Below are positions 12,401 through 24,237 of a stretch of DNA of 64,000 nt, piece after piece. The stretch lies in NCBI RefSeq assembly GCF_053078305.1, contig NZ_CP166879.1; one strand, 5' to 3'. Within the stretch, counting starts at the first letter, position 1. The number at the start of each line of letters is the position of its first letter. The notes under the pieces were generated by a model that was not told the DNA's origin, did no database searches, and saw nothing but the letters and a program-made list of their open reading frames with translations. Made by a program: the position numbers and the translations under genes.

Positions 12401-13014
12401 TGGAACTTGGCGGTTTTGAAGCGCACTGGGAACCTGTATTAACCGAATGGATCACCGCTATTCTTCAGGCGCCGCTCAATGAAACTGGTGTTAGCCTGAG
12501 TCAACTTTCCGCTCGTAATAAACAGGTGGAGATGGAGTTTTATCTGCCGATTAGTGAACCACTTGTCGCCAGTCAGCTTGATACGTTAATCCGCCAGTTT
12601 GACCCGCTATCAGCAGGCTGCCCGCCGCTGGAGTTCATGCAGGTGCGCGGCATGTTAAAAGGCTTTATCGACCTGGTGTTTCGCCACGAAGGGCGTTATT
12701 ACCTGCTTGACTATAAATCCAACTGGTTGGGTGAAGACAGTTCGGCTTACACCCAACAGGCTATGGCAGCGGCGATGCAGGCACACCGCTATGATCTGCA
12801 ATATCAGCTTTATACCCTGGCGCTGCACCGTTATCTGCGACATCGCATTGCTGATTACGACTATGAGCGCCACTTTGGCGGCGTTATCTATCTGTTCCTG
12901 CGTGGCGTTGATAAAGAACATCCGCAACAAGGGATCTACGCGACCCGACCCAACGCCGAGTTGATTGCCCTGATGGATGAGATGTTTGCCGGTATGACCC
13001 TGGAGGAGGCGTGA
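9472..13014 (+). CDS. recB: Exodeoxyribonuclease V beta subunit (helicase-nuclease)
   Basis: 1180 aa from the ATG at 9472 ([13 protein letters not shown]…), Walker A motif GTGKTFT; start overlaps the ptrA stop by 8 nt. Confidence 0.95.
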   Translation: MSDVAETLDPLRLPLQGERLIEASAGTGKTFTIAALYLRLLLGLGGSAAFPRPLTVEELLVVTFTEAATAELRGRIRSNIHELRIACLRETTDNPLYERLLEEIDDKAQAAQWLLLAERQMDEAAVFTIHGFCQRMLNLNAFESGMLFEQQLIEDESLLRYQACADFWRRHCYPLPREIAQVVFETWKGPQALLSDINRYLQGEAPVIKAPPPDDETLASRHAQIVARIDTVKQQWRDAVGELDALIESSGIDRRKFNRSNQAKWIDKISAWAEEETNSYQLPESLEKFSQRFLEDRTKAGGETPRHPLFEAIDQLLAEPLSIRDLVITRALAEIRETVAREKRRRGELGFDDMLSRLDSALRSESGEVLAAAIRTRFPVAMIDEFQDTDPQQYRIFRRIWHHQPETALLLIGDPKQAIYAFRGADIFTYMKARSEVHAHYTLDTNWRSAPGMVNSVNKLFSQTDDAFMFREIPFIPVKSAGKNQALRFVFKGETQPAMKMWLMEGESCGVGDYQSTMAQVCAAQIRDWLQAGQRGEALLMNGDEARPVRASDISVLVRSRQEAAQVRDALTLLEIPSVYLSNRDSVFETLEAQEMLWLLQAVMTPERENTLRSALATSMMGLNALDIETLNNDEHAWDAVVEEFDGYRQIWRKRGVMPMLRALMSARNIAENLLATAGGERRLTDILHISELLQEAGTQLESEHALVRWLSQHILEPDSNASSQQMRLESDKHLVQIVTIHKSKGLEYPLVWLPFITNFRVQDQAFYHDRHSFEAVLDLNAAPESVDLAEAERLAEDLRLLYVALTRSVWHCSLGVAPLVRRRGDKKGDTDVHQSALGRLLQKGEPQDAAGLRTCIEALCDDDIAWQTAQTGDNQPWQVNDALTAELNARTLQRLPGDNWRVTSYSGLQQRGHGIAQDLMPRLDVDAAGVASIVEEPTLTPHQFPRGASPGTFLHSLFEDLDFTQPVEPNWVREKLELGGFEAHWEPVLTEWITAILQAPLNETGVSLSQLSARNKQVEMEFYLPISEPLVASQLDTLIRQFDPLSAGCPPLEFMQVRGMLKGFIDLVFRHEGRYYLLDYKSNWLGEDSSAYTQQAMAAAMQAHRYDLQYQLYTLALHRYLRHRIADYDYERHFGGVIYLFLRGVDKEHPQQGIYATRPNAELIALMDEMFAGMTLEEA

Positions 13015-14840
13015 TGAAATTGCAAAAGCAATTACTGGAAGCTGTGGAGCACAAACAGCTACGCCCGCTGGATGTGCAATTTGCCCTGACCGTGGCGGGA
13101 GATGAACATCCTGCCGTCACCCTCGCGGCGGCACTGTTAAGTCATGATGCCGGAGAGGGACACGTTTGTTTGCCGCTTTCACGACTGGAAAATAACGAGG
13201 CGTCGCATCCGCTGTTGGCGACCTGTGTCAGTGAAATCGGTGAGCTACAAAATTGGGAAGAATGCTTGTTGGCTTCTCAAGCGGTCAGCAGGGGAGATGA
13301 ACCCACGCCGATGATCCTCTGTGGCGATCGTCTTTATTTGAATCGCATGTGGTGTAACGAGCGGACGGTAGCGCGCTTCTTCAATGAGGTGAATCATGCC
13401 ATCGAGGTTGATGAAGCTCTACTGGCGCAAACCCTGGACAAACTTTTTCCAGTAAGCGATGAAATTAACTGGCAAAAAGTTGCAGCGGCAGTGGCGCTGA
13501 CGCGGCGGATCTCGGTGATTTCCGGCGGCCCAGGCACCGGTAAAACGACCACCGTGGCGAAGTTGCTGGCAGCGTTAATTCAAATGGCCGACGGCGAACG
13601 CTGCCGTATCCGTCTGGCTGCACCAACGGGTAAAGCTGCCGCGCGCTTAACCGAATCTCTCGGCAAGGCTTTGCGACAGTTACCGCTGACCGATGAACAA
13701 AAGAAACGCATTCCGGAAGATGCCAGCACTTTGCACCGATTGCTGGGCGCGCAGCCGGGTAGCCAGCGTTTACGTCATCATGCCGGTAACCCGCTGCATC
13801 TTGATGTGCTGGTGGTAGATGAAGCGTCAATGATCGATCTGCCTATGATGTCGAGACTGATCGACGCCTTGCCAGATCATGCGCGAGTGATCTTTCTCGG
13901 CGATCGTGATCAACTGGCCTCGGTTGAGGCTGGGGCTGTGCTGGGCGATATCTGCGCTTATGCCAACGCGGGCTTTACCGCCGAGCGTGCCAGGCAGCTA
14001 AGCCGCCTGACGGGGACTCACGTTCCGGCAGGAACTGGCACAGAAGCGGCATCTTTGCGCGACAGTCTCTGCCTGCTGCAAAAAAGCTATCGTTTCGGCA
14101 GCGATTCTGGCATTGGTCAGTTAGCTGCGGCGATCAACCGTGGTGATAAAACGGCAGTGAAAACCGTTTTTCAGCAGGATTTTACTGATATCGAAAAACG
14201 ACTTTTACAGAGCGGCGAAGATTATATTGCGATGCTTGAGGAAGCTCTTGCGGGTTACGGACGTTATCTGGATCTGCTGCAAGCGCGTGCCGAGCCGGAT
14301 TTAATCATTCAGGCGTTCAATGAGTACCAGCTTTTGTGCGCCCTGCGGGAAGGGCCATTTGGCGTGGCTGGACTGAATGAGCGAATTGAGCAGTTTATGC
14401 AACAGAAGCGCAAAATTCATCGTAATCCGCACTCTCGTTGGTACGAAGGCCGACCGGTGATGATTGCCCGTAATGACAGCGCGCTTGGGTTGTTTAATGG
14501 CGATATCGGTATTGCGCTGGATCGCGGGCAGGGGACGCGCGTCTGGTTTGCGATGCCGGACGGCAATATTAAGTCTGTGCAACCGAGTCGCTTGCCAGAG
14601 CACGAAACTACGTGGGCGATGACGGTACATAAATCGCAGGGATCGGAGTTCGACCATGCGGCGTTGATTTTACCGAGCCAACGCACGCCGGTAGTAACGC
14701 GAGAGCTGGTATACACCGCGGTGACCCGCGCGCGTCGCCGTCTGTCGCTGTATGCCGATGAGCGTATATTAAGTGCGGCAATCGCCACTCGTACTGAGCG
14801 GCGCAGTGGTCTGGCGGCGTTGTTTAGTTCGCGGGAATAA
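13014..14840 (+). CDS. recD: Exodeoxyribonuclease V alpha subunit
   Basis: 608 aa with Walker A motif [10 protein letters not shown]; start overlaps the recB stop (ATGA). Confidence 0.95.
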   Translation: MKLQKQLLEAVEHKQLRPLDVQFALTVAGDEHPAVTLAAALLSHDAGEGHVCLPLSRLENNEASHPLLATCVSEIGELQNWEECLLASQAVSRGDEPTPMILCGDRLYLNRMWCNERTVARFFNEVNHAIEVDEALLAQTLDKLFPVSDEINWQKVAAAVALTRRISVISGGPGTGKTTTVAKLLAALIQMADGERCRIRLAAPTGKAAARLTESLGKALRQLPLTDEQKKRIPEDASTLHRLLGAQPGSQRLRHHAGNPLHLDVLVVDEASMIDLPMMSRLIDALPDHARVIFLGDRDQLASVEAGAVLGDICAYANAGFTAERARQLSRLTGTHVPAGTGTEAASLRDSLCLLQKSYRFGSDSGIGQLAAAINRGDKTAVKTVFQQDFTDIEKRLLQSGEDYIAMLEEALAGYGRYLDLLQARAEPDLIIQAFNEYQLLCALREGPFGVAGLNERIEQFMQQKRKIHRNPHSRWYEGRPVMIARNDSALGLFNGDIGIALDRGQGTRVWFAMPDGNIKSVQPSRLPEHETTWAMTVHKSQGSEFDHAALILPSQRTPVVTRELVYTAVTRARRRLSLYADERILSAAIATRTERRSGLAALFSSRE

Positions 14841-14848
14841 ACGTAATT

Positions 14849-14889
14849 GCCGGATGCGACGCACGAGTGTTACGCCTGCCGCATCCGGC
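14849..14889. repeat. REP-like palindrome between the convergent recD and argA genes
   Basis: GCCGGATGCGACGC…GCCTGCCGCATCCGGC inverted repeat. Confidence 0.6.
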
Positions 14890-14901
14890 GATTTTCATCG
14901 C

Positions 14902-16233
14902 TTACCCTAAATCCGCCATCAACACTTTGGATTTACGCTGGTAGTTGTACAACTGCTTTTTGCTCTCGGGCAATAAATCAATATCCACCGGGGTAAATCC
15001 ACGTTCCTGGAACCAGTGAATACTGCGCGTGGTCAGCACAAACAATTTGCTTAAGCCGCTCTGCTTCGCCTGAGCGGCAATGCGTTCCAGCAGAACCTCG
15101 CCCCGTGATGAGCTGCGGTAATCCGGGTGAACAGCCACACAGGCCATTTCCCCAATCTTCTCTTCCGGGAACGGATAGAGCGCGGCGCAGGCAATAGTCG
15201 TGTTATCGCGCTGAATAATAGTGAATTTATCGATTTCCATCTCCAGCTGCTCGCGAGAACGGCGTACCAGAATACCTTGCTGCTCCAGTGGGCGAATCAA
15301 CTCCAGAATACCGCCAATATCGTTGATTGTTGCGCGACGAATCTGCTCGGCGCTTTCCATCACAATCTGCGTACCGATACCGTCGCGTGAGAACAACTCT
15401 TGCAACAGCGCGCCATCTTCCTGATAACTGATTAAATGACAGCGACGCACGCCGCTGCGGCAGGCTTTCACTGCGCCACGCAAAAAGCGCACCGTACCGG
15501 AGTTGTAATCGCCTTTCTCTTCCTGGGCTTCTACCCGCGATTGCGCTTCGTTAGGGAAAAGTTCGGAGACAATATCACCGTCGTCATTAGTGACGCCCTG
15601 GGAAGAGCAAAAACCAATCATCTTTTCAGCTTTCAGTTTGATGGCCAGTTGAGTAGCAATCTCTTCCGAGGTCAGATTAAAGCTCTCGCCAGTGACTGAA
15701 ACAGCGACCGGCCCCATTAGCACTATTGCACCGCTGTCCAGTTGACGATGGATCGCGTCTTCATCAATCCGCCGGATACGCCCGCTATGGCAGTAATCCA
15801 CGCCGTCATCGACGCCCAGCGGCTGGGCAATAATAAAATTGCCACTGACGACGTTGATATGCGCGCCCTGTAGCGGCGTGTTATTGAGACTCATCGACAG
15901 GCGAGCAGTAATATCCAGTTGCAATGTTCCCGCAGCCTGCTTCACCAGTTCCAGTGTTTTGGCGTCGGTCACACGTATATTCTTGTGATACAGCGGTTCG
16001 TGGTGATGCGCAGCCAGATTTGCGTCGATCTGCGGACGTGCGCCATAGACCACCACCAGACGGATGCCGAGGCTGTGCAGCAACCCGATATCATTAACGA
16101 TACTGGAGAAATTCTCATGCTCAATGGCTTCACCGCCGAGCATGATGACAAACGTTTTTCCCCGGTGGGTATTGATATAGGGAACCGAATGGCGGAATCC
16201 CTCGACCAGCTCGGTTTTACGTTCCTTTACCAC
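14902..16233 (-). CDS. argA: N-acetylglutamate synthase
   Basis: Translation recognised as ArgA; 443 aa if started at the GTG giving [27 protein letters not shown]…; the 22 codons further upstream in ORF 14902..16299 are treated as extension. Confidence 0.9.
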   Translation of the reverse strand: MVKERKTELVEGFRHSVPYINTHRGKTFVIMLGGEAIEHENFSSIVNDIGLLHSLGIRLVVVYGARPQIDANLAAHHHEPLYHKNIRVTDAKTLELVKQAAGTLQLDITARLSMSLNNTPLQGAHINVVSGNFIIAQPLGVDDGVDYCHSGRIRRIDEDAIHRQLDSGAIVLMGPVAVSVTGESFNLTSEEIATQLAIKLKAEKMIGFCSSQGVTNDDGDIVSELFPNEAQSRVEAQEEKGDYNSGTVRFLRGAVKACRSGVRRCHLISYQEDGALLQELFSRDGIGTQIVMESAEQIRRATINDIGGILELIRPLEQQGILVRRSREQLEMEIDKFTIIQRDNTTIACAALYPFPEEKIGEMACVAVHPDYRSSSRGEVLLERIAAQAKQSGLSKLFVLTTRSIHWFQERGFTPVDIDLLPESKKQLYNYQRKSKVLMADLG

Positions 16234-16464
16234 GGCACACCCCTTTGCATGATTATTCGAAATTATTGTATTTTTATTCTGTTTTTTCGCAGGGTGCAAG
16301 TGTAAATTTTATGCGAGAGCGACTTTTTTATCAGTAATGCCGTGAATATAAAAAGAATGTTTACCGTTTATTAGATGACAGATTATGCGTCTTTCGCTAA
16401 AGTTTCCGGTCAAATTAGTCGTTTACTTGTTACACAGCTTAGATTTCTTTTGCTCGGGAGAGGC

Positions 16465-17718
16465 ATGTCAGGATCCAACACTGCAATCAGCCGTCGTCGT
16501 TTACTGCAAGGCGCGGGTGCCATGTGGCTATTGAGCGTAAGTCAGGTCAGTCTGGCTGCGGTCAGCCAGGTCGTGGCGGTGCGCGTCTGGCCTGCGTCCA
16601 GCTACACCCGCGTGACGGTAGAATCAAATCGTCAGCTGAAATATAAGCAGTTCGCGTTGAGTAACCCGGAACGCGTGGTGGTGGATATCGAAGATGTAAA
16701 CCTGAACTCGGTACTCAAGGGGATGGCGGCACAAATTCGTGCAGACGACCCGTTCATCAAGTCGGCGCGCGTCGGGCAATTTGACCCGCAAACCGTACGG
16801 ATGGTTTTTGAATTAAAGCAAAACGTAAAACCGCAGATGTTTGCCCTCGCGCCGGTCGCCGGGTTTAAAGAACGTCTGGTGATGGACCTCTATCCGGCCA
16901 ATGCACAGGATATGCAGGACCCGCTGCTGGCGCTGCTGGAGGATTACAACAAAGGCGACCTCGAAAAGCAGGTGCCGCCAGCGCAAAGTGGTCCACAACC
17001 AGGTAAAGCAGGGCGCGATCGTCCGATTGTCATTATGCTTGACCCTGGTCACGGTGGCGAAGACTCCGGTGCGGTGGGGAAATACAAAACGCGCGAAAAA
17101 GACGTGGTATTGCAAATAGCTCGCCGTCTGCGCTCTCTGATCGAGAAAGAGGGCAATATGAAGGTGTACATGACGCGCAATGAAGACATCTTCATTCCGT
17201 TGCAAGTGCGCGTAGCAAAAGCCCAGAAACAGCGTGCTGACCTGTTTGTCTCTATCCATGCCGACGCCTTTACCAGTCGCCAGCCGAGCGGTTCCTCTGT
17301 GTTTGCGCTCTCAACCAAAGGTGCAACCAGTACTGCGGCAAAATATCTGGCGCAAACCCAGAACGCCTCGGACTTGATTGGTGGCGTGAGCAAAAGCGGT
17401 GACCGCTATGTCGACCACACCATGTTCGATATGGTGCAGTCGCTGACCATTGCTGACAGCCTTAAGTTTGGTAAAGCGGTGCTGAATAAGCTCGGTAAAA
17501 TCAACAAGCTGCATAAAAATCAAGTTGAACAGGCCGGGTTTGCCGTACTAAAGGCACCAGATATTCCCTCCATTCTGGTCGAAACGGCGTTTATCAGTAA
17601 CGTTGAGGAAGAGCGTAAACTGAAAACGGCGACCTTCCAGCAGGAAGTTGCGGAGTCTATTCTTGCAGGGATTAAAGCGTATTTTGCCGATGGAGCGACG
17701 CTGGCGAGAAGGGGATGA
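16465..17718 (+). CDS. amiC: N-acetylmuramoyl-L-alanine amidase (Tat-exported)
   Basis: 417 aa from [25 protein letters not shown] (twin-arginine signal); amidase_3 type sequence. Confidence 0.9.
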   Translation: MSGSNTAISRRRLLQGAGAMWLLSVSQVSLAAVSQVVAVRVWPASSYTRVTVESNRQLKYKQFALSNPERVVVDIEDVNLNSVLKGMAAQIRADDPFIKSARVGQFDPQTVRMVFELKQNVKPQMFALAPVAGFKERLVMDLYPANAQDMQDPLLALLEDYNKGDLEKQVPPAQSGPQPGKAGRDRPIVIMLDPGHGGEDSGAVGKYKTREKDVVLQIARRLRSLIEKEGNMKVYMTRNEDIFIPLQVRVAKAQKQRADLFVSIHADAFTSRQPSGSSVFALSTKGATSTAAKYLAQTQNASDLIGGVSKSGDRYVDHTMFDMVQSLTIADSLKFGKAVLNKLGKINKLHKNQVEQAGFAVLKAPDIPSILVETAFISNVEEERKLKTATFQQEVAESILAGIKAYFADGATLARRG

Positions 17719-17720
17719 TA

Positions 17721-17746
17721 AAAAGGCGCTGAATGGCGCTTTTTTA
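17721..17746. terminator. Probable bidirectional terminator (amiC on +, tRNA operon on -)
   Basis: AAAAAGGCGC-TGAATG-GCGCTTTTTT: a short GC stem flanked by an A-run and a T-run. Confidence 0.55.
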
Positions 17747-17791
17747 TAGGAGACCAGAAACAAAAAAACACCCGTTAGGGTGTTCAATAAT

Positions 17792-17868
<77 letters not shown>

Positions 17869-17900
17869 TCACCGTACTGCTTTATTTCATCAAATTTGAT

Positions 17901-17977
<77 letters not shown>

Positions 17978-18010
17978 TCACCGTACTGCTTTACTTCATC
18001 AAATTTTAAT

Positions 18011-18087
<77 letters not shown>

Positions 18088-18100
18088 TCCGTGGATGCGC

Positions 18101-18128
18101 ACTATACTCCGCTCGCGTTTTCATGCAA
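18101..18128 (-). promoter_or_regulatory. Candidate sigma70 promoter of the tRNA-fMet operon
   Basis: Minus strand reads TTGCAT-16 nt-TATAGT followed by a GC-rich discriminator (GCGCATCC), just upstream of the first tRNA. Confidence 0.6.
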
Positions 18129-18295
18129 CCTTTTTTTTACCCCGATCACGGATTTGGCATGATTTTGAACAAAAACAAATCACTAAAGCCTATTTTTTGT
18201 GCAAAATTTGCGTCAGGGAGAGGCTGCTCATTTCATTAAACGCGGCGGTTTGTTATCTTCGTTGCGCCTTATTTTTTAACCTGAAGAAGAGAACA

Positions 18296-19393
18296 ATGAA
18301 AGGACGTTGGGTAAAGTACCTTCTTATGGGCACGGTTGTGGCAATGCTTGCCGCCTGCTCTTCCAAACCAACCGATCGCGGACAGCAATATAAAGACGGG
18401 AAATTTACCCAGCCTTTCTCTCTGGTGAACCAGCCAGATGCCGTTGGCGCGCCGATTAACGCCGGTGATTTTGCCGAGCAAATTAACCATATCCGTAATT
18501 CGTCACCGCGTCTGTATGGCAACCAGAGTAATGTTTATAACGCGGTGCAAGAGTGGCTGCGCGCAGGCGGTGATACCCGCAATATGCGCCAGTTCGGCAT
18601 TGATGCCTGGCAGATGGAAGGTGCCGACAACTATGGAAACGTGCAGTTTACAGGCTATTACACGCCGGTAATTCAGGCGCGCCATACCCGCCAGGGCGAG
18701 TTCCAGTATCCTATTTACCGTATGCCGCCAAAACGTGGTCGTCTGCCGTCTCGTGCGGAGATCTACGCGGGGGCATTGAGTGATAAATATATTCTCGCTT
18801 ACAGTAACTCCCTGATGGATAACTTCATTATGGATGTGCAGGGTAGTGGGTATATCGACTTTGGTGATGGCAGTCCGCTTAACTTTTTCAGCTATGCAGG
18901 GAAAAACGGTCATGCCTATCGCAGCATTGGTAAGGTGCTGATCGACCGTGGCGAAGTGAAAAAAGAAGATATGTCGATGCAGGCGATTCGTCACTGGGGC
19001 GAAACACACAGTGAAGCCGAGGTTCGCGAGCTGCTGGAACAGAACCCGTCTTTCGTCTTCTTTAAACCGCAATCTTTTGCACCGGTGAAAGGGGCAAGTG
19101 CGGTGCCGCTGGTTGGCCGTGCTTCTGTTGCCTCTGATCGTTCCATTATTCCGCCAGGTACAACCTTGCTGGCAGAAGTGCCGCTGCTGGATAATAACGG
19201 CAAATTTAATGGTCAGTACGAATTGCGTCTGATGGTGGCGCTGGATGTCGGTGGCGCAATCAAAGGCCAACACTTCGATATCTATCAAGGGATCGGGCCG
19301 GAAGCCGGGCACCGCGCAGGTTGGTACAACCACTATGGACGTGTCTGGGTGCTGAAAACCGCCCCGGGCGCAGGTAACGTCTTTAGCGGCTGA
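18296..19393 (+). CDS. mltA: Membrane-bound lytic murein transglycosylase A (lipoprotein)
   Basis: 365 aa from MKGRWVKYLLMGTVVAMLAACSS (lipobox); the upstream part of ORF 18014..19393 overlaps a tRNA gene and is rejected. Confidence 0.9.
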   Translation: MKGRWVKYLLMGTVVAMLAACSSKPTDRGQQYKDGKFTQPFSLVNQPDAVGAPINAGDFAEQINHIRNSSPRLYGNQSNVYNAVQEWLRAGGDTRNMRQFGIDAWQMEGADNYGNVQFTGYYTPVIQARHTRQGEFQYPIYRMPPKRGRLPSRAEIYAGALSDKYILAYSNSLMDNFIMDVQGSGYIDFGDGSPLNFFSYAGKNGHAYRSIGKVLIDRGEVKKEDMSMQAIRHWGETHSEAEVRELLEQNPSFVFFKPQSFAPVKGASAVPLVGRASVASDRSIIPPGTTLLAEVPLLDNNGKFNGQYELRLMVALDVGGAIKGQHFDIYQGIGPEAGHRAGWYNHYGRVWVLKTAPGAGNVFSG

Positions 19394-19481
19394 TGTGATA
19401 TTCTGTATGCCGTTTTTACGGATATGACAGGGTGAGGGATAACCTCACATCCTGATTATTGACTAAGTGCGCGTTGTTCAT

Positions 19482-19579
19482 GCCGGATGCGGCGTGAACG
19501 CCTTATCCGGCCTACAAATCATGCAAATCCAAAATATTGCAGGAGTTATGTAGGCCTGATAAGCGTAGCGCATCAGGCA
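19482..19579. repeat. BIME / REP pair in the mltA-tcdA intergenic region
   Basis: GCCGGATGCGGCGTGAACGCCTTATCCGGCCTACA … TGTAGGCCTGATAAGCGTAGCGCATCAGGC, typical REP units in inverted orientation. Confidence 0.85.
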
Positions 19580-19630
19580 TTTATGCGTTTAGGGTGAGGG
19601 ATAACCTCGCCCTTTTTATTCTGAGGTGCT

Positions 19631-20437
19631 ATGTCTGTGGTAATTAGTGATGCATGGCGTCAGCGTTTTGGTGGCACAGCGCGTCTGTATGGTGAAAAAG
19701 CGCTGCAACTGTTTGCTGACGCGCATATTTGTGTGGTCGGTATTGGCGGTGTCGGTTCCTGGGCGGCGGAAGCGCTGGCGCGCACGGGGATTGGCGCAAT
19801 CACGCTTATCGATATGGATGATGTGTGCGTCACCAATACCAATCGGCAAATTCATGCCCTGCGCGATAACGTTGGGCTGGCAAAAGCGGAAGTTATGGCG
19901 GAGCGTATTCGCCAGATTAACCCGGAGTGCCGTGTAACGGTGGTGGATGATTTCGTGACGCCGGATAACGTAGCGCAGTATATGAGCGTGGGTTATTCGT
20001 ACGTGATTGATGCCATTGATAGTGTACGGCCCAAAGCGGCGCTGATTGCTTATTGTCGGCGCAATAAAATCCCACTGGTCACAACCGGTGGCGCGGGTGG
20101 GCAGATTGACCCGACGCAGATTCAGGTTACCGATCTGGCGAAAACGATTCAGGACCCGCTGGCGGCGAAGTTGCGCGAGCGCCTGAAAAGCGATTTTGGC
20201 GTAGTGAAAAACAGTAAAGGTAAGCTCGGCGTGGATTGCGTGTTCTCTACCGAAGCATTGGTGTATCCGCAGTCAGACGGTACGGTGTGTGCGATGAAAG
20301 CCACGGCGGAAGGGCCAAAGCGGATGGATTGTGCATCTGGATTTGGCGCGGCAACGATGGTGACCGCCACCTTTGGGTTTGTTGCGGTTTCTCATGCGCT
20401 GAAGAAGATGATAGCGAAAGCGGCGCGTCAGGGTTAA
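19631..20437 (+). CDS. tcdA: tRNA threonylcarbamoyladenosine dehydratase (E1-like, ThiF/MoeB fold)
   Basis: 268-aa ORF with nucleotide-binding motif VVGIGGVGSWAAEALARTG. Confidence 0.9.
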   Translation: MSVVISDAWRQRFGGTARLYGEKALQLFADAHICVVGIGGVGSWAAEALARTGIGAITLIDMDDVCVTNTNRQIHALRDNVGLAKAEVMAERIRQINPECRVTVVDDFVTPDNVAQYMSVGYSYVIDAIDSVRPKAALIAYCRRNKIPLVTTGGAGGQIDPTQIQVTDLAKTIQDPLAAKLRERLKSDFGVVKNSKGKLGVDCVFSTEALVYPQSDGTVCAMKATAEGPKRMDCASGFGAATMVTATFGFVAVSHALKKMIAKAARQG

Positions 20438-20487
20438 ACAATCACGTCGGATGATACGCGAACGTCTTATCCGACCCGGTTCTGTGC

Positions 20488-20931
20488 TTAAACCTGCTTC
20501 GTCGCAGCGATAATCGCCTCGCTTAACGCATTTAACCCCTGGCTGCGTGAGGCGCTAAGTTGCGCACGCAATCCCAGCTCATCAAACAATGCCAGCGGCG
20601 ACTGTGCCTGCAATTCGGCGGCGGTTTTCCCCTCAACGGCAGTCAACAGCACCGCCAGCAGGCCGCGCACTATACGTCCTTCGCTGTCGCCAAAGAAGTG
20701 CATTTTACCGTTTTCAGCCACGGTATATCCCAGCCAGACGCGGTTTTCGCATCCGGCAATCTCTTTAGCCTGCGCTTTTAACTCGTCTGGCAAAGCCGGA
20801 AGCTGTTTCCCCAGCATGATCAACTGGCGATATTTATCTTCCCATTGCGTCAACGGTGCGAAGGTATTGCGTAACGTTTCTGCGGTTACGGTTGTGCCGA
20901 ACGGATGTCCGGCGAATTGCGGGTTCGTCAT
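20488..20931 (-). CDS. csdE: Cysteine desulfurase sulfur acceptor (SufE-like)
   Basis: 147-aa SufE-family ORF immediately downstream of csdA. Confidence 0.9.
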
Positions 20932-22136
20932 TAATCCACCAATAATTCCAGCGCGCGGTCAACGGCATTCACCAGCGCATCCACATCACTCTTTGTATTA
21001 TATGGCGCAAAAGAGGCGCGCAGTGTGCCGGTTACGCCTAATTCTGCCAGTAGCGGCTGAGCGCAATGTTGCCCGGCCCGCAAGGCAATACCGTACTCCG
21101 CCAGCAGCGTCACCATATCGCTGTGATGAACGCCAGCAAAATCAAAGGCCAGCAGGCTGGAATCCTGGCAGCGGAATGAACGGAAGCCTGGACGTTTCGC
21201 CAGCGCATCTTCCGCCAGTGTTGCTAAACTACGGCTCCAGCTTTCGGCCTGGTTGATATCGTAATCTGCCAGCCATTCCAGCGCCGCGCTTAATCCTATG
21301 ACACCAGCCACATTTGGCGTTCCTGCTTCCAGTTTCCACGGCGCAGATTGAGTCGTGAAGCCGTCAAAACTCACTTCGTGAACCATTTTGCCGCCGCCCA
21401 GCCAGGGCGACATCGCTTCTAGCAGTTCTGATTTGCCATACAGCACGCCGATACCTGTCGGGCCATACAGTTTGTGACCTGAAAAAGCATAGAAATCAAT
21501 ATTCAGTTGCTGAACATCCGCGGGGAAATGCACCGCCCCCTGAGCACCATCAACCATCACCACCATCCCGGCGGAATGAGCAAAGGTAATCGCTCGCGCC
21601 AGATCCGGGCAACCGCCAGTAACGTTCGACATCTGACCCAACGCCAGAATCCGACTACGGGGAGTAATCAGTTCTGGCAACAAATCGACATCCGGCAGTC
21701 GCTGCGCATTAAGCGGCAATTTCACCACTTTGGCTCCAGTTTGTTGGGCAACCATCAGCCAGGGGACGAGGTTAGCGTGGTGTTCTGCCACGCTGACAAT
21801 AATCTCATCGCCCGGTTGCAGACGCGGACGCGCATAGCATTGTGCCACCATGTTGATGGATTCAGTGGTGCCGCGCGTCCAGACGATAGTTTTATCATCC
21901 GGTGCATTCAGTAATTGCGCCACTTTCTCTCGTGCAGCTTCATAACGCGCGGTCAGGCGTTGGGCTTCGGCAAACTGGCTGCGATGGACGTTTCCGGCGC
22001 TCAGACTGTAAAACTGTCGGGTGGCTTCAACCACGGCTTCAGGTTTAAGCGCGGTCGCGGCGCTGTCGAGATAGACGCCCGCATCCTGTAGAGCGGGAAA
22101 CTGGGCGCGAAACTGCGCGGGATTAAAAACGTTCAT
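20931..22136 (-). CDS. csdA: Cysteine desulfurase CsdA (PLP-dependent)
   Basis: 401 aa from [16 protein letters not shown]; class V aminotransferase-like sequence. Confidence 0.9.
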
Positions 22137-22327
22137 GGTACTCCTCGGCTTGATGCACCGATCGTGACGCAAAATTCACTTTGATACAAGGAGAGTGCTA
22201 ACCATCAGAATTATCTGGATATCCTGGCGAAGCCGCGTCAGTAACATATGCTGAATAGTGTTAGGCGTTAATTTTAGCCTGTTAATCAATACTATTAAGA
22301 TTTATTAATCGCTTTAAGGAGAAGATG

Positions 22328-22555
22328 ATGAAAAAGACTGCCGCAATTATTTCTGCCTGTATGCTGACTTTTGCCCTGAGCGCCTGTTCCGGTTCGAACT
22401 ATGTGATGCACACCAATGACGGACGTACCATCGTCTCTGACGGCAAACCACAGACTGATAACGATACCGGTATGATTTCGTATAAAGACGCTAATGGCAA
22501 CAAACAGCAGATCAACCGTACTGACGTGAAAGAGATGGTCGAACTGGATCAGTAA
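22328..22555 (+). CDS. ygdI: Small lipoprotein (DUF903 family)
   Basis: 75 aa, [22 protein letters not shown] lipobox. Confidence 0.85.
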   Translation: MKKTAAIISACMLTFALSACSGSNYVMHTNDGRTIVSDGKPQTDNDTGMISYKDANGNKQQINRTDVKEMVELDQ

Positions 22556-22571
22556 TTCGCGATCGCAAGGT

Positions 22572-22776
22572 AAAAAAAAGCACCGCAATTAGGCGGTGCT
22601 ACATTAATCACTATGGACAGACAGGGTAAATGTACAGGAAGTGAAAAAAGGTAGCTTTGCTACCATGGTCTGAATCGCAGACCAATTGCAAACACAACAA
22701 CACAACATCACAACCGTAAGCCAAAAGTTCACCAGAACACGCATTCCGATAAAACTTTTCGTTCCGGCTCAGGAAG
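22572..22776 (-). ncRNA. gcvB: GcvB small regulatory RNA
   Basis: Minus strand reads ACTTCCTGAGCCGGAACGAAAAGTTTTATCGGAATGCGTGTTCTGGTGAAC…GTTGTGATGTTGTGTTGTTGTGTTTGCAATTGG… (GU-rich R1 region) and ends in a hairpin plus T-run; divergent from gcvA. Confidence 0.9.
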
Positions 22777-22905
22777 TGCCGCCACTATAGGTATTTGCTG
22801 GTAGAAGCTCAACGGACAATTTATAATGGCTCAGATTAAAAAAACTAATAGGTTACACACTGTGATCTAATTGTTAAATTCATTTAACATCAAAGTTTAA
22901 AAGCC

Positions 22906-23823
22906 ATGTCTAAACGATTACCACCGCTAAATGCCTTACGAGTTTTTGATGCCGCAGCACGCCATTTAAGTTTCACTCGCGCAGCAGAAGAGCTTTTTGT
23001 GACCCAGGCCGCAGTAAGTCATCAAATCAAGTCTCTTGAGGATTTTTTGGGGCTAAAACTGTTCCGCCGCCGTAATCGTTCACTCCTGCTGACCGAGGAA
23101 GGGCAAAGCTATTTCCTCGATATCAAAGAGATATTTTCGCAATTAACCGAAGCGACGCGTAAACTCCAGGCCCGTAGCGCCAAGGGGGCGTTGACGGTCA
23201 GTTTACTCCCCAGTTTCGCCATTCATTGGTTGGTTCCGCGACTTTCCAGCTTTAATTCAGCTTATCCGGGAATTGACGTTCGAATCCAGGCGGTTGATCG
23301 TCAGGAAGATAAGCTGGCGGATGATGTTGATGTGGCGATATTTTATGGTCGGGGCAACTGGCCGGGGCTACGGGTGGAAAAACTGTACGCCGAATATTTA
23401 TTGCCGGTGTGTTCGCCGCTACTGCTGACTGGCGAAAAACCCTTGAAGACCCCGGAAGATCTGGCTAAACATACGCTATTACATGATGCGTCACGCCGTG
23501 ACTGGCAGACATATACTCGTCAATTGGGGTTAAATCATATCAACGTTCAGCAAGGGCCAATTTTTAGCCATAGCGCCATGGTGCTGCAAGCGGCTATCCA
23601 CGGGCAGGGAGTGGCGCTGGCAAATAACGTGATGGCGCAATCTGAAATTGAAGCCGGACGTCTTGTTTGCCCGTTTAATGATGTTCTGGTCAGTAAAAAC
23701 GCTTTTTATCTGGTTTGTCATGACAGCCAGGCAGAACTGGGTAAAATAGCCGCCTTTCGCCAATGGATCCTGGCGAAAGCCGCTGCTGAACAAGAAAAAT
23801 TCCGCTTTCGTTATGAACAATAA
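22906..23823 (+). CDS. gcvA: Glycine cleavage system transcriptional regulator (LysR family)
   Basis: 305-aa ORF with a LysR-type N-terminal HTH. Confidence 0.95.
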   Translation: MSKRLPPLNALRVFDAAARHLSFTRAAEELFVTQAAVSHQIKSLEDFLGLKLFRRRNRSLLLTEEGQSYFLDIKEIFSQLTEATRKLQARSAKGALTVSLLPSFAIHWLVPRLSSFNSAYPGIDVRIQAVDRQEDKLADDVDVAIFYGRGNWPGLRVEKLYAEYLLPVCSPLLLTGEKPLKTPEDLAKHTLLHDASRRDWQTYTRQLGLNHINVQQGPIFSHSAMVLQAAIHGQGVALANNVMAQSEIEAGRLVCPFNDVLVSKNAFYLVCHDSQAELGKIAAFRQWILAKAAAEQEKFRFRYEQ

Positions 23824-23841
23824 TTTACGTAGGGTACGACC

Positions 23842-24237
23842 ATGACCAGCCGTTTTATGCTGATTTTCGCCGCCATTAGCGGCTTCATTTTTGTGGCTCT
23901 GGGTGCTTTTGGCGCGCATGTGTTAAGTAAAACCATGGGGGCCGTTGAGATGGGCTGGATCCAGACCGGCCTCGAATACCAGGCGTTTCATACTCTGGCG
24001 ATCTTAGGTCTGGCGGTGGCAATGCAGCGTCGCATCAGTATCTGGTTTTACTGGAGTAGCGTTTTCCTCGCGTTAGGCACGGTGCTGTTCAGCGGCAGCC
24101 TTTATTGCCTGGCACTGTCCCATCTGCGTTTGTGGGCGTTTGTCACTCCGGTTGGCGGCGTGAGCTTCCTTGCGGGCTGGGCGTTAATGTTAGTTGGTGC
24201 TATCCGTTTAAAGCGCAAGGGCGTAAGTCATGAATAA
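23842..24237 (+). CDS. ygdD: Inner membrane protein, DUF423 family
   Basis: 131-aa hydrophobic ORF downstream of gcvA. Confidence 0.85.
   Translation: MTSRFMLIFAAISGFIFVALGAFGAHVLSKTMGAVEMGWIQTGLEYQAFHTLAILGLAVAMQRRISIWFYWSSVFLALGTVLFSGSLYCLALSHLRLWAFVTPVGGVSFLAGWALMLVGAIRLKRKGVSHE

Noticed and set aside
16234-16464. ArgR boxes in the argA/amiC divergent region
   Set aside because: The region is AT-rich with TTCGAATAAT-like segments, but I could not confidently match two ARG boxes by eye.
18503-19333. 276-aa minus-strand ORF
   Set aside because: Entirely antisense to mltA, with no recognisable protein features.
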